NCBI GenBank assembly: GCA_016779505.1
Contig: JADHNM010000003.1
Location: 1-40,886, forward strand
Source of the DNA: SAR86 cluster bacterium
GTDB taxonomy: Bacteria > Pseudomonadota > Gammaproteobacteria > Magnimaribacterales > D2472
Reading direction: 5' to 3'
DNA length: 40,886 bases
Shown: positions 1-9,227 of the stretch, in pieces
Numbering within the stretch: position 1 is the first letter of the stretch
Layout: every line of letters starts with the position of its first letter
Program-made: the position numbers and the translations under genes
Notes under the pieces: generated by a model
The model's database searches: none
Told to the model about the DNA's origin: nothing
What the model saw: only the letters and a program-made list of their open reading frames with translations

Positions 1-56
1 TGTCAGTCATGCACGTCGAGTGTAAATAGATTAAAATTATCGATTGATCAGAAGAA

Positions 57-131
57 TGGCTCCCTGACGTGGGATCGAACCACGGACCAATTGATTAACA
101 GTCAACTGCTCTACCGCTGAGCTATCAGGGA
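57..131 (-). tRNA. tRNA-Asn (GTT)
   Basis: Reverse complement reads TCCCTGATAGCTCAGCGGTAGAGCAGTTGACTGTTAATCAATTGGTCCGTGGTTCGATCCCACGTCAGGGAGCCA: 7-bp acceptor stem, D arm, anticodon loop CTGTTAA, GTTCGA T loop, encoded CCA. Confidence 0.97.
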
Positions 132-142
132 ACAAGTTGGGA

Positions 143-148
143 ATTATA
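143..148 (-). promoter_or_regulatory. Putative -10 box (TATAAT) for tRNA-Asn
   Basis: Perfect TATAAT on the minus strand 11 nt upstream of the mature tRNA 5' end; no clear -35. Confidence 0.45.
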
Positions 149-177
149 AATTAAAATTCATAAAGTAAAACAAGATA

Positions 178-2187
178 ATGACAAAAAATTTAACCGTTAC
201 ATCTCCGTTTGAACCTGCAGGAAGTCAACCTCAAGCAATAGAAACTCTAGTTAATGGTTTAAATGATGGGTTATTGCATCAAGTTTTACTTGGTGTAACA
301 GGTTCAGGCAAAACTTATACCATGGCTAAAATTATTGAATCAACTCAAAGGCCTGCGGTGGTTATGGCCCCTAACAAGACCTTAGCAGCTCAATTATATG
401 GAGAGCTTAAAGATTTTTTTCCTCAAAACTCCGTCGAATACTTTGTTTCTTATTATGATTACTACCAGCCTGAAGCCTATGTACCTACTTCTGATACTTA
501 TATTGCTAAAGATGCATCCGTGAATGAACATATTGAGCAAATGCGTCTTTCTGCTACCAAGGCACTACTCGAAAGGAGCGATACGATTGTTGTTGCTACT
601 GTATCAGCGATATATGGCTTAGGCGCTCCTGAAGCCTATCTGAATATGATCCTTCATTTAGATAGAGGTGAAACAATCGATCAAAGAACTATTTTGCGTC
701 GCTTATCTTCGATGCAATATACCCGAAATGATATTGATTTTAGGCGTGCAACTTTTAGGGTAAGAGGTGATGTGATTGATATTTATCCCGCTGATTCAGA
801 GAGAGATGCTCTGAGAATTGAATTATTTGGAGATGAAGTAGAGCGTCTATTATGGATTGATCCATTAACTGGAGAAGTCATTAATGAGACTCCTCGAGCG
901 ACGATTTATCCAAAAACACATTACGTGACACCAAAAGAGACGGTCCTAGACTGCCTTAAAACCGTTCGGGAGGAGTTGAAAGAAAGAATTAAATTCTTAC
1001 AAGCAAACAATAAATTGGTTGAGGCTCAAAGATTGCAAGAGAGAACAACTTACGATTTAGAAATGATGCAAGAGCTTGGTTATTGTCAAGGCATCGAAAA
1101 TTATTCACGTTATCTTTCAGGTCGCAATCCTGGTGAGCCACCCCCATGTCTTTTTGATTATTTACCTAAAAATGCAATAGTCTTTATGGATGAGTCTCAT
1201 GTTTCAGTTCCTCAAATTGGAGGAATGTACAAAGGCGACCGATCACGAAAGGAAACACTGGTTGATTATGGATTTAGATTGCCATCCGCTTTAGATAACC
1301 GTCCACTCAGGTTTGAAGAATGGGAGGATGTAACGCCTCAAAAAATATATGTTTCTGCCACTCCTGGTAAGTATGAATTAGAGCATTGTGACAATATGGC
1401 AGAGCTATTGGTTAGACCAACTGGATTGATTGATCCAGAGATTGAAATTAGACCTGCAACCTCTCAAATTGATGATGTAATTGGTGAATGCAATGAAAGA
1501 GCTGCTCTGAAAGAAAGGGTTTTAATAACGACTTTAACCAAACGCATGGCCGAAGATTTAACAGACTATTTAGAAGAAAATGGAATTAGAACGCGCTACA
1601 TGCATTCTGATGTAGATACGGTAGAGAGAACTGAAATTATCAGAGATCTAAGGTTGGGTCATTTTGATGTTTTAGTTGGAATTAATTTATTAAGGGAAGG
1701 TTTAGATATTCCCGAGGTTAGCTTGGTTGCAATCTTAGATGCCGATAAAGAGGGCTTTTTACGATCAGAGGTTACCCTTATTCAAACCGTTGGACGAGCG
1801 GCAAGAAATATTCGTGGAAAGGCAATTTTGTATGCTGATAAGATCACAGGCTCCATGCAAAGGGCCATGGATGAAATGTCTAGAAGAAGAGACATCCAAG
1901 TCAAATACAATAAAGAGAATGGCATCACCCCAACATCAATTGTTAAAGATATCAAAGATATCATGGAGGGGGCTAGAGTCACCAAGCAGGCAAAGAAAAC
2001 AAAACCTCAGCACTTTGAAAAAGAGCTGCCCTTTAAAATTAATAGTGAAACTCCAGACAAGATATCAATATCAATTACCAAGCTAGAAGAGCAGATGTAT
2101 ATTTATGCAAAAGAAACTGAGTATGAAAAAGCTGCATTTTGCAGGGATCAAATTAAAAATCTTAAATGGCAGCTTCTTAATTCTTGA
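178..2187 (+). CDS. uvrB: Excinuclease ABC subunit B
   Basis: 669 aa; GVTGSGKT Walker [11 protein letters not shown] beta-hairpin, [23 protein letters not shown]-terminal UVR domain ([12 protein letters not shown]). Confidence 0.98.
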   Translation: MTKNLTVTSPFEPAGSQPQAIETLVNGLNDGLLHQVLLGVTGSGKTYTMAKIIESTQRPAVVMAPNKTLAAQLYGELKDFFPQNSVEYFVSYYDYYQPEAYVPTSDTYIAKDASVNEHIEQMRLSATKALLERSDTIVVATVSAIYGLGAPEAYLNMILHLDRGETIDQRTILRRLSSMQYTRNDIDFRRATFRVRGDVIDIYPADSERDALRIELFGDEVERLLWIDPLTGEVINETPRATIYPKTHYVTPKETVLDCLKTVREELKERIKFLQANNKLVEAQRLQERTTYDLEMMQELGYCQGIENYSRYLSGRNPGEPPPCLFDYLPKNAIVFMDESHVSVPQIGGMYKGDRSRKETLVDYGFRLPSALDNRPLRFEEWEDVTPQKIYVSATPGKYELEHCDNMAELLVRPTGLIDPEIEIRPATSQIDDVIGECNERAALKERVLITTLTKRMAEDLTDYLEENGIRTRYMHSDVDTVERTEIIRDLRLGHFDVLVGINLLREGLDIPEVSLVAILDADKEGFLRSEVTLIQTVGRAARNIRGKAILYADKITGSMQRAMDEMSRRRDIQVKYNKENGITPTSIVKDIKDIMEGARVTKQAKKTKPQHFEKELPFKINSETPDKISISITKLEEQMYIYAKETEYEKAAFCRDQIKNLKWQLLNS

Positions 2188-2189
2188 TG

Positions 2190-2909
2190 CTAATTTTCTT
2201 CGCAATTTTGAGCCAACAAAAGATAATAATAATCTCTAACCCTTTCTACGAAATCAACGGTTTGTTGGCCTCTGGAATAATTCTCTGAATCCATTGAGGT
2301 CTTCAAATTAAGCAAATATTCCTCTAGATCTAACCAGGTCACCTCAACAGTTTTTTTATTTATCGCATCGATAGCATTCTTTACATTGGTGGTGCCTAAA
2401 TTATATGAAGCTAATACAAAAGCAATTTTGTCACCAGAGGACGTTCCAAAGTTTGTGCTAGCTTCTAGATCTGAGAGGTATTGCGCGCCTCCATATATAC
2501 TTTGAATCGGGTCCAGTCTATTTGTGACACCCACAGATGCCGCAGTAGGAAGTGTTAACATCATCATGCCTTTAACTTGTGTTGCTGAGCGTGCTTTTGG
2601 ATTCCATTGCGATTCTTGAAATGCAACAGCAGCTAGGAGCTCCCATTCAATATCAAATGTTTGCGCAGCCTCAACAAAATCATCCTTAAATTTTAGAAAT
2701 CTTGATTTTTTTAGCTCATCAAATTTATTTTTCTCAAAATCACTTAGCCTTGAGAAGGAATATAATTTTTCGTTAATAAGATTGCAGTAAACTGATACTG
2801 GTGTATTTATAGGCTCCTTTGTGCAAGCATAAAGACCAGATATAAGGATGAAAATTGTTAAGTTTTTTGCAAGGAATTGCATTGTTTTTATTTTTTTAAT
2901 TTTAAACAT
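2190..2909 (-). CDS. mltF: Lytic transglycosylase, MltF-like SLT domain only, probable lipoprotein (start may be ATG at 2882)
   Basis: QESQWNPKARS (catalytic Glu), GMMMLT, DPIQSIYGGAQYL, ASYNLG, and YSRG..VERVRDY resemble the MltF C-terminal domain; LYAC lipobox; divergent from purL as mltF is in enterobacteria. Confidence 0.75.
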   Translation of the reverse strand: MFKIKKIKTMQFLAKNLTIFILISGLYACTKEPINTPVSVYCNLINEKLYSFSRLSDFEKNKFDELKKSRFLKFKDDFVEAAQTFDIEWELLAAVAFQESQWNPKARSATQVKGMMMLTLPTAASVGVTNRLDPIQSIYGGAQYLSDLEASTNFGTSSGDKIAFVLASYNLGTTNVKNAIDAINKKTVEVTWLDLEEYLLNLKTSMDSENYSRGQQTVDFVERVRDYYYLLLAQNCEEN

Positions 2910-2948
2910 CCTTATAATTAATTATTACAATATTTTACTAGAGAGCTA

Positions 2949-5900
2949 GTGTCAAAAAATCTTAACTTGCTACTTCAAGGTCCCTCTAGTTTTTCGCCGT
3001 CTAAAATTTCATCTCTCAGCGCTGATATCAAGCTCATTAATAATAATTCTTCTATTGAGCTGAATAGTTTTGAATTTTACTCAGTAGATGTAAATGAAGA
3101 TTTTGATGATCATGCGAAACTATTTGAGTTATTAAGAGCAGATGAGCCTCGTGGGTTTCCCAGTTTTTTTATTGGTCCAAGGTCTGGAACTCTTAGCCCA
3201 TGGGCGTCTAAGACAAGCGAAATAATTACCAATGTTGGCATTGATGGAGTCCTTAGTCTTGAAAAGTATTTTGGCTATTTTGTTGATAAAAATATCCATG
3301 TCAAAGATTTAGATTTGTCATGTTTATTTGATCGAATGACTCAAGAGGTTTTTATGAGCAAAAAGGCTATTGCATCTCTTGGCCCCGCTCCAAAAAGAAA
3401 ACCTTTAATACATATTGATATTTCTATATCCGCTAGTGATGCTTTGTTTAAAGCAAATCAGGATTTGGGTTTAGCATTGTCTCAAGAAGAAATTAACTAC
3501 TTAGTAGATTTCTATTCATCGGCTGAGCGCAATCCCACTGACGCCGAGCTTATGATGTTTGCACAGGCTAACTCAGAGCATTGCAGACATAAAATATTTA
3601 ACGCTGCTTGGGTATTAGGTTCTGCGGTTAAAGAAGAATCTTTATTTGATCTTATTAAAAAGACAAGCAAAGGTAATAAACCAGACTTGATCTCAGCCTA
3701 TAAGGATAATGCTGCTGTTATTGCAGGAGTTGACGTAATGACGCTCAATAGAAATTTAAAAAATAATTACAGCTTTTCCTCTGAAAAAATAAACTCAACT
3801 TTAAAAGTTGAAACACATAATCATCCTACTGCCATTTCTCCATTTCCTGGAGCAGCCACTGGATCTGGGGGAGAGATAAGAGATGAGGGAGCCACAGGTT
3901 CTGGTGCAAAGCCTAAAATGGGATTGGTGGGATTTAATGTTTCCAACCTTAGATTAAAAGACTTCCCCCGTGCTTGGGAAGGGATTTCACATAAGCCTTC
4001 AAGAATTGCTTCACCACTCCAAATCATGACAGAAGGACCAATTGGTGCCGCTGCATTTAACAATGAATTTGGTCGACCAAGTACTGTCGGTTACTTCAGA
4101 GTCTTTGAACAGCCCTTTGTTCACAATCAGGCTTACGGATATCACAAGCCAATTATGCTGGCGGGTGGTATTGGAGAGGTAAAAGATAGAAATAGCATTA
4201 AAAATCCTATTGAAGCCAATGATTTGGTAGTTGTTTTGGGTGGTCCTTCAATGCTAATAGGATTAGGTGGTGGGGCTGCTTCATCTATGTCATCTGGGGA
4301 AAGTGATGAAGATTTAGATTTTGCTTCTGTGCAAAGAGAAAATGCTGAAATGGAAAGAAGATGCCAAGAAGTTATCAATCAATGCGCATTTGAATCTCCT
4401 AACCTTATTGAATTTATTCATGATGTTGGTGCTGGTGGACTTTCAAATGCAATTCCAGAATTAGCTAAAGATTGCAATTTAGGTGTTGCCATAGATTTGA
4501 GCAAGATACCTGTTGCTGACCTCAGCCTTTCCCCAATGGAAGTTTGGTCCAATGAGTCTCAAGAGCGATACGTTTTAGCAATTAAAAAATCTAATAAAGA
4601 TATATTTGAAAATATATGTCGACGTGAGAGATGCCCAGTTGCTTTTGTTGGACAAACAACCTTATCTAATGCAGTAGAGGTTTATGACCCCGAGAGAGAT
4701 GAATATCCTGTGCAAGTTCCTTTATCAATGTTATTTGGTGATTTACCTATTTCAAATATGGTCCTTGATAATCCAAAAATTAACCAAGCAACTGACTCTT
4801 ACAATTATGATTTAGATTTACCTGAGTTAATTCAGAGAGTGCTGTCACATCCATCTGTAGCTTCAAAATCTTTTTTAATTACTATTGGTGACAGAACGGT
4901 TGGGGGGCTGGTTGCTCGAGATCAGTTGGTGGGCAGATATCAAGTGCCTACTTCAAATTATGCAATGTCTACTAAATCATTTCTTAGCAATGAAGGAGAT
5001 GCTTTATCAATTGGAGAAAAGCCAACGCTAGCAGTTAAAAACCCAGCAGCCTCACTAAGAATGGCTTTGGCTGAAGCATTAATGAACTTATGCTCTGTTC
5101 CGATTAAGAGTTTGGATCTGGTAAGGTTGTCGGCAAATTGGATGGCTGCATGTGGAGACGAAGAGGATAATTATGCTTTACTTTTAGGGGTTGAGGCATT
5201 ATCAAACATGTGTATTGAGCTCGATGTGGCTATACCGGTCGGCAAAGATTCTTTATCTATGAGAACCAAATGGAATGAAGGTGACGACGAGTATGAGGTT
5301 AAGAGCCCTTTGTCTGGTGTTATTACTGCCATGGCTCCAGTTGAAGATGTTTCATTAGGAGTAACCACTGAATTCAAAGAGAGCGGCTCAAAAAATTTAT
5401 ACCATTTATTTTTAAATAACCAATGTAGATTGGGTGGTTCAATCCTTGAAGAGGTTACCTCCTCAAGCATTCAAGACGTTCCTGATATTGACGATGTTGA
5501 ATTATTCAACAATCTTTTCCATTCAATTCAAGAGTTGATTGTGCGAGGCTGGATCGTTGCATTGCATGATGTTTCTGATGGAGGATTATTTGCCACCATC
5601 ACAGAACTATCTTTTACCAATAAGGTGGGGATAGAAATATTTATTCCAGAGAACTCTCAAAAGAAAAGCATGATTCAATATCTCTTCGCCGAAGAAACAG
5701 GGGCAGTCATTCAGTTTCATAATGAATTTGAAATTGACGCTCTTGAGTTTTTAAAACAAAACAATATTCGATATCGAAAATGCGCCACTCGAAGATCTGA
5801 TGCCCAGGTGGTAATTTCATCAAACCATAATATTGAATTTTCTCAGTCAGCAGTCAATTTAGAGAAAATCTGGAGCGAAACTTCCTACTCAATTAAGTCC

Positions 5901-6803
5901 AATAGAGATAATCCAGTTAGCGCCAAAGAAGAACATGATTTAATTGAAAAGTTCGATGATCAGGGGTTGGTGGCTATAGATAATTTTCAATTTTCTGATC
6001 AATTGCCAGCATTCAATAAGAATTTTAGGCCCAAGGTAGCAATTTTTAGAGAGCAAGGAGTTAATGGTCAAAATGAAATGGCTGCTGCTTTCATATTAGC
6101 TGGGTTTGAGGCTGTAGATGTTCATATGCAAGATTTGCTTGATAATCCCAACTTGTTATTAGAATTTCAGGGTTTGGCAGCCTGCGGTGGCTTCTCTTAC
6201 GGGGATGTACTTGGAGCTGGAGGCGGTTGGTCTTCAAGTATCAGCTATAACAATGCAGTTAGAGAATCATTTGAACACTTTTTTAATCGAGCTGAAACCT
6301 TTACCTTTGGTGTGTGCAATGGTTGTCAAATGTTATCCAATTTAAAGGATTTAATACCTGGCGCTGAAAATTGGCCTGAGTTTCTGTGGAATGAATCAGA
6401 TCAATTTGAAGCACGTTTATCTCAAGTTACTATTACCCAATCTAAGTCAGTTTTATTGGATGGTATGGAAGGATGGCAAATTCCAGTGGCTGTTGCACAT
6501 GGAGAGGGTCGAGCATCATTTAAAGAAGGAGCTTTACAGAGCCTGTCGAAACATAATCAGGTAGCCGTTCAATTTACTGATAACAAGGGAGCTGTGGCTT
6601 CATCGTATCCATTGAACCCAAATGGATCTCCTGAGGGTATTACAGGTCTTACATCTAGGGATGGTAGAGCAACCATCATGATGCCTCATCCAGAAAGAGT
6701 GTTTAGATCTCAGCAGTTATCTTGGAAGCCATCAGATTGGATGGAGTATTCTCCCTGGATGCAAATCTTTTTAAATGCCTATAAATTCACCCAAGAATCA
6801 TAA
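2949..6803 (+). CDS. purL: Phosphoribosylformylglycinamidine synthase (large type)
   Basis: 1284 aa, GTG start; NSEHCRH, KVETHNHP, GEIRDEGATG, HDVGAGG, glutaminase CNGCQ and MPHPER motifs. Confidence 0.98.
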   Translation: MSKNLNLLLQGPSSFSPSKISSLSADIKLINNNSSIELNSFEFYSVDVNEDFDDHAKLFELLRADEPRGFPSFFIGPRSGTLSPWASKTSEIITNVGIDGVLSLEKYFGYFVDKNIHVKDLDLSCLFDRMTQEVFMSKKAIASLGPAPKRKPLIHIDISISASDALFKANQDLGLALSQEEINYLVDFYSSAERNPTDAELMMFAQANSEHCRHKIFNAAWVLGSAVKEESLFDLIKKTSKGNKPDLISAYKDNAAVIAGVDVMTLNRNLKNNYSFSSEKINSTLKVETHNHPTAISPFPGAATGSGGEIRDEGATGSGAKPKMGLVGFNVSNLRLKDFPRAWEGISHKPSRIASPLQIMTEGPIGAAAFNNEFGRPSTVGYFRVFEQPFVHNQAYGYHKPIMLAGGIGEVKDRNSIKNPIEANDLVVVLGGPSMLIGLGGGAASSMSSGESDEDLDFASVQRENAEMERRCQEVINQCAFESPNLIEFIHDVGAGGLSNAIPELAKDCNLGVAIDLSKIPVADLSLSPMEVWSNESQERYVLAIKKSNKDIFENICRRERCPVAFVGQTTLSNAVEVYDPERDEYPVQVPLSMLFGDLPISNMVLDNPKINQATDSYNYDLDLPELIQRVLSHPSVASKSFLITIGDRTVGGLVARDQLVGRYQVPTSNYAMSTKSFLSNEGDALSIGEKPTLAVKNPAASLRMALAEALMNLCSVPIKSLDLVRLSANWMAACGDEEDNYALLLGVEALSNMCIELDVAIPVGKDSLSMRTKWNEGDDEYEVKSPLSGVITAMAPVEDVSLGVTTEFKESGSKNLYHLFLNNQCRLGGSILEEVTSSSIQDVPDIDDVELFNNLFHSIQELIVRGWIVALHDVSDGGLFATITELSFTNKVGIEIFIPENSQKKSMIQYLFAEETGAVIQFHNEFEIDALEFLKQNNIRYRKCATRRSDAQVVISSNHNIEFSQSAVNLEKIWSETSYSIKSNRDNPVSAKEEHDLIEKFDDQGLVAIDNFQFSDQLPAFNKNFRPKVAIFREQGVNGQNEMAAAFILAGFEAVDVHMQDLLDNPNLLLEFQGLAACGGFSYGDVLGAGGGWSSSISYNNAVRESFEHFFNRAETFTFGVCNGCQMLSNLKDLIPGAENWPEFLWNESDQFEARLSQVTITQSKSVLLDGMEGWQIPVAVAHGEGRASFKEGALQSLSKHNQVAVQFTDNKGAVASSYPLNPNGSPEGITGLTSRDGRATIMMPHPERVFRSQQLSWKPSDWMEYSPWMQIFLNAYKFTQES

Positions 6804-6815
6804 ATTTTTTCTTAA

Positions 6816-7352
6816 TTACCAAAGTTTTAGGGCTTCCTCTCTAAAGGGGAAGTTATCCGAATGCATGTCATCAAAATAATATTTCAATGTCTTGGTGACT
6901 GTTGGAAATGCAATTTCATCCCAAGGAATTTCTTCTTGAGTAAATAGTTTTACTTCAGAGCTTTCTGCAGTAGGACCAAATTTTTCATCGCCCAATTGAG
7001 CTAAATAAAAAAAGTGGACTTGACTGATATGAGTCAAACTAAATGCCGTATATGGGGCAATGATTTTTGGTGTTGCCTGAGTTTCTTCTTTCGTTTCTCT
7101 GAGCGCTCCCTCCTGAAGGGTTTCTGCATTCTCCATAAAACCAGCAGGCAATGTCCAACGACCAAAGCGAGGTTCTATATTTCTTTTGCATAAAAGCACT
7201 TGCTCATCTTTAATGCATATGGTCCCGACAATGAGATTGGGATTAGTATAAAAAATTGAGTCACAGGCAGAGCAAACATACCGCTTTAAATTATCATCAG
7301 CTGGAACTTTAAAATCAATTTGATCGCTTCCGCATTTTGAACAATATCTCAA
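6816..7352 (-). CDS. Nudix hydrolase with N-terminal zinc ribbon
   Basis: CSKCG...CSAC zinc ribbon; Nudix box GFMENAETLQEGALRETKEET; TTG start preceded by AAAGGAG Shine-Dalgarno. Confidence 0.9.
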   Translation of the reverse strand: MRYCSKCGSDQIDFKVPADDNLKRYVCSACDSIFYTNPNLIVGTICIKDEQVLLCKRNIEPRFGRWTLPAGFMENAETLQEGALRETKEETQATPKIIAPYTAFSLTHISQVHFFYLAQLGDEKFGPTAESSEVKLFTQEEIPWDEIAFPTVTKTLKYYFDDMHSDNFPFREEALKLW

Positions 7353-7403
7353 AAGTGCTCCTTTCCTAGAGAATTAAATGTCGTAAGAAGTTAAACTTAC
7401 GCA

Positions 7404-7982
7404 ATGATTGAAGACATCAAGTATAAACTAAATTTAAATAATTCTGAAAAGCCAAGCGGCAGACCTCAAGCCTCTGTATTAATAGCTATTTTAAATTATG
7501 GTGAATTTCTTAAATCCCCTGAATTAATTTATACACAACGCTCCAGTCATCTTTCAACTCATTCTGGTGAAGTGAGTTTCCCGGGAGGCAAAGCAGATAA
7601 AACAGATCCAAATCTTTTTGGAACAGCCTTGAGAGAATCTAATGAAGAAATAAGCCTGAATAGTGAGGACGTTACTGAATTGGGGAAATTAAATTATCTA
7701 ATCTCTCGTCATAAGATAGAGGTTAATCCATTTGTGGCTTCAGTTGATCAACCTCAAGCCTTTAAGCCCAATGAGGAGATTCAAGAGATATTTACTGTTC
7801 CGCTAAATTTTTTGCTTGATTCAAGAAACATTCAAAGAGAAAGCATTGAAAGACATGGCAGTGTTTGGCAAGTGCCAACATGGAACATCAAGAATCAAAA
7901 AATATGGGGTCTAACTGCAATGATTACCGTAAACTTCTTAAATGTATGTTTTGATGCGAATATAGAGATTCTAGAGGGTTAA
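7404..7982 (+). CDS. CoA pyrophosphatase (NudL/PCD1-type Nudix hydrolase)
   Basis: TQRSSHLSTHSGEVSFPGG (NuCoA motif), ALRESNEEI Nudix box, IWGLTA. Confidence 0.9.
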   Translation: MIEDIKYKLNLNNSEKPSGRPQASVLIAILNYGEFLKSPELIYTQRSSHLSTHSGEVSFPGGKADKTDPNLFGTALRESNEEISLNSEDVTELGKLNYLISRHKIEVNPFVASVDQPQAFKPNEEIQEIFTVPLNFLLDSRNIQRESIERHGSVWQVPTWNIKNQKIWGLTAMITVNFLNVCFDANIEILEG

Positions 7983-7987
7983 TCGAA

Positions 7988-8503
7988 ATGATAATTGATA
8001 TTAATAATAAAAGTTTAAGCACTGAAAATGATGATTTTTGGGTAGCTCCAGATGCAACAGTTATTGGAGATGTGCAAATGGCAAAAGATTCAAGCGTTTG
8101 GTTCCATTGCACTCTTAGAGGAGATAATGAACCAATTATTTTGGGTGAAGGAACAAATATTCAGGATAATTCGGTAATACATACTGATCCAGGATTTGCA
8201 TGCACAATAGGAAAATTTGTTACTGTTGGACATATGGCAATGCTTCATGGATGTGAAATTGGCGATGGCACTCTTATTGGTATTGGTGCAGTGATTCTTA
8301 ATGGAGCAAAAATAGGAAAAAATTGCATCATAGGAGCAAAGGCATTGGTTACAGAGGGCATGGAAGTGCCTGATGGATCAATGGTATTGGGTGTTCCAGC
8401 TAAAATTAAAAAAGAGCTTAGTCCTGAAGAGCAAGCCATTCCCTCATTAAATGCTCATCATTACATTGAAAACTATAAAAGGTATAAGGCCGAGCTAGGT
8501 TAG
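7988..8503 (+). CDS. Gamma carbonic anhydrase family protein (YrdA-like hexapeptide repeat)
   Basis: LRGD, NIQDNSVIH, TVGH, LHGC metal-ligand pattern; left-handed beta-helix repeats. Confidence 0.92.
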   Translation: MIIDINNKSLSTENDDFWVAPDATVIGDVQMAKDSSVWFHCTLRGDNEPIILGEGTNIQDNSVIHTDPGFACTIGKFVTVGHMAMLHGCEIGDGTLIGIGAVILNGAKIGKNCIIGAKALVTEGMEVPDGSMVLGVPAKIKKELSPEEQAIPSLNAHHYIENYKRYKAELG

Positions 8504-8507
8504 ATAA

Positions 8508-9227
8508 ATGTCAGGAAGAATAGTAAATTATTTTGATGAATCAACCGAGTGTGAAGGATATCTCTCTATGCCCGAATCTTCTCAGCCTGTCCCTTTGGTT
8601 TTGGTTGCTCATACTTGGAAAGGCAGATCTGAGTTTGAAGATCACAAAGCGGTGGCGCTAAATAATTTAGGCTATGCAGCTTTATCAATCGATATTTTTG
8701 GCGGTGGCATTAACGGGACCAGTGTTGAGGAGAATCAATCTTTAATTGCGCCCTTTGTTCAAGATAGACAGTTATTTAGACAACGTCTAATTAGTGCTGT
8801 TGAGTTTGGCAAAACCATTGATGGCGTTGATGCTTCAAAAATAGCATTGATTGGTTTTTGTTTTGGTGGCCTCGCCGCCATAGAACTCGCTCGTTCAGGA
8901 TATCAGCTATCAGGCTGCATAAGTTTTCATGGGCTTTTAAATCAATCCGATGAACCTTTTCAAAAGGTAAACACTAAATTATTGGTTTTGCATGGAGACA
9001 AAGATCCCATGGTATCCTCAGATCAAATACTGGCTTTGCAGAACGAAATGACAGAATCAGAGGCTGATTGGCAATTTATAAGCTATGGCAACACATACCA
9101 TGCGTTTACCAATCCTGCTGCTAACGATATTGAAATGGGAACAGTTTATAATCATGATAGTGACATGAGATCGTGGACCGCAATGTCTAATTTTTTAATG
9201 GAAGTTTTTAGCAATGTTAACAAGTGA
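8508..9227 (+). CDS. Dienelactone hydrolase family protein
   Basis: GFCFGG nucleophile elbow, HGDKDP, HAFTNP. Confidence 0.9.
   Translation: MSGRIVNYFDESTECEGYLSMPESSQPVPLVLVAHTWKGRSEFEDHKAVALNNLGYAALSIDIFGGGINGTSVEENQSLIAPFVQDRQLFRQRLISAVEFGKTIDGVDASKIALIGFCFGGLAAIELARSGYQLSGCISFHGLLNQSDEPFQKVNTKLLVLHGDKDPMVSSDQILALQNEMTESEADWQFISYGNTYHAFTNPAANDIEMGTVYNHDSDMRSWTAMSNFLMEVFSNVNK

Noticed and set aside
1-10. Possible minus-strand gene start (ATGACTGACA) running off the window
   Set aside because: Only three codons are visible; cannot be supported.
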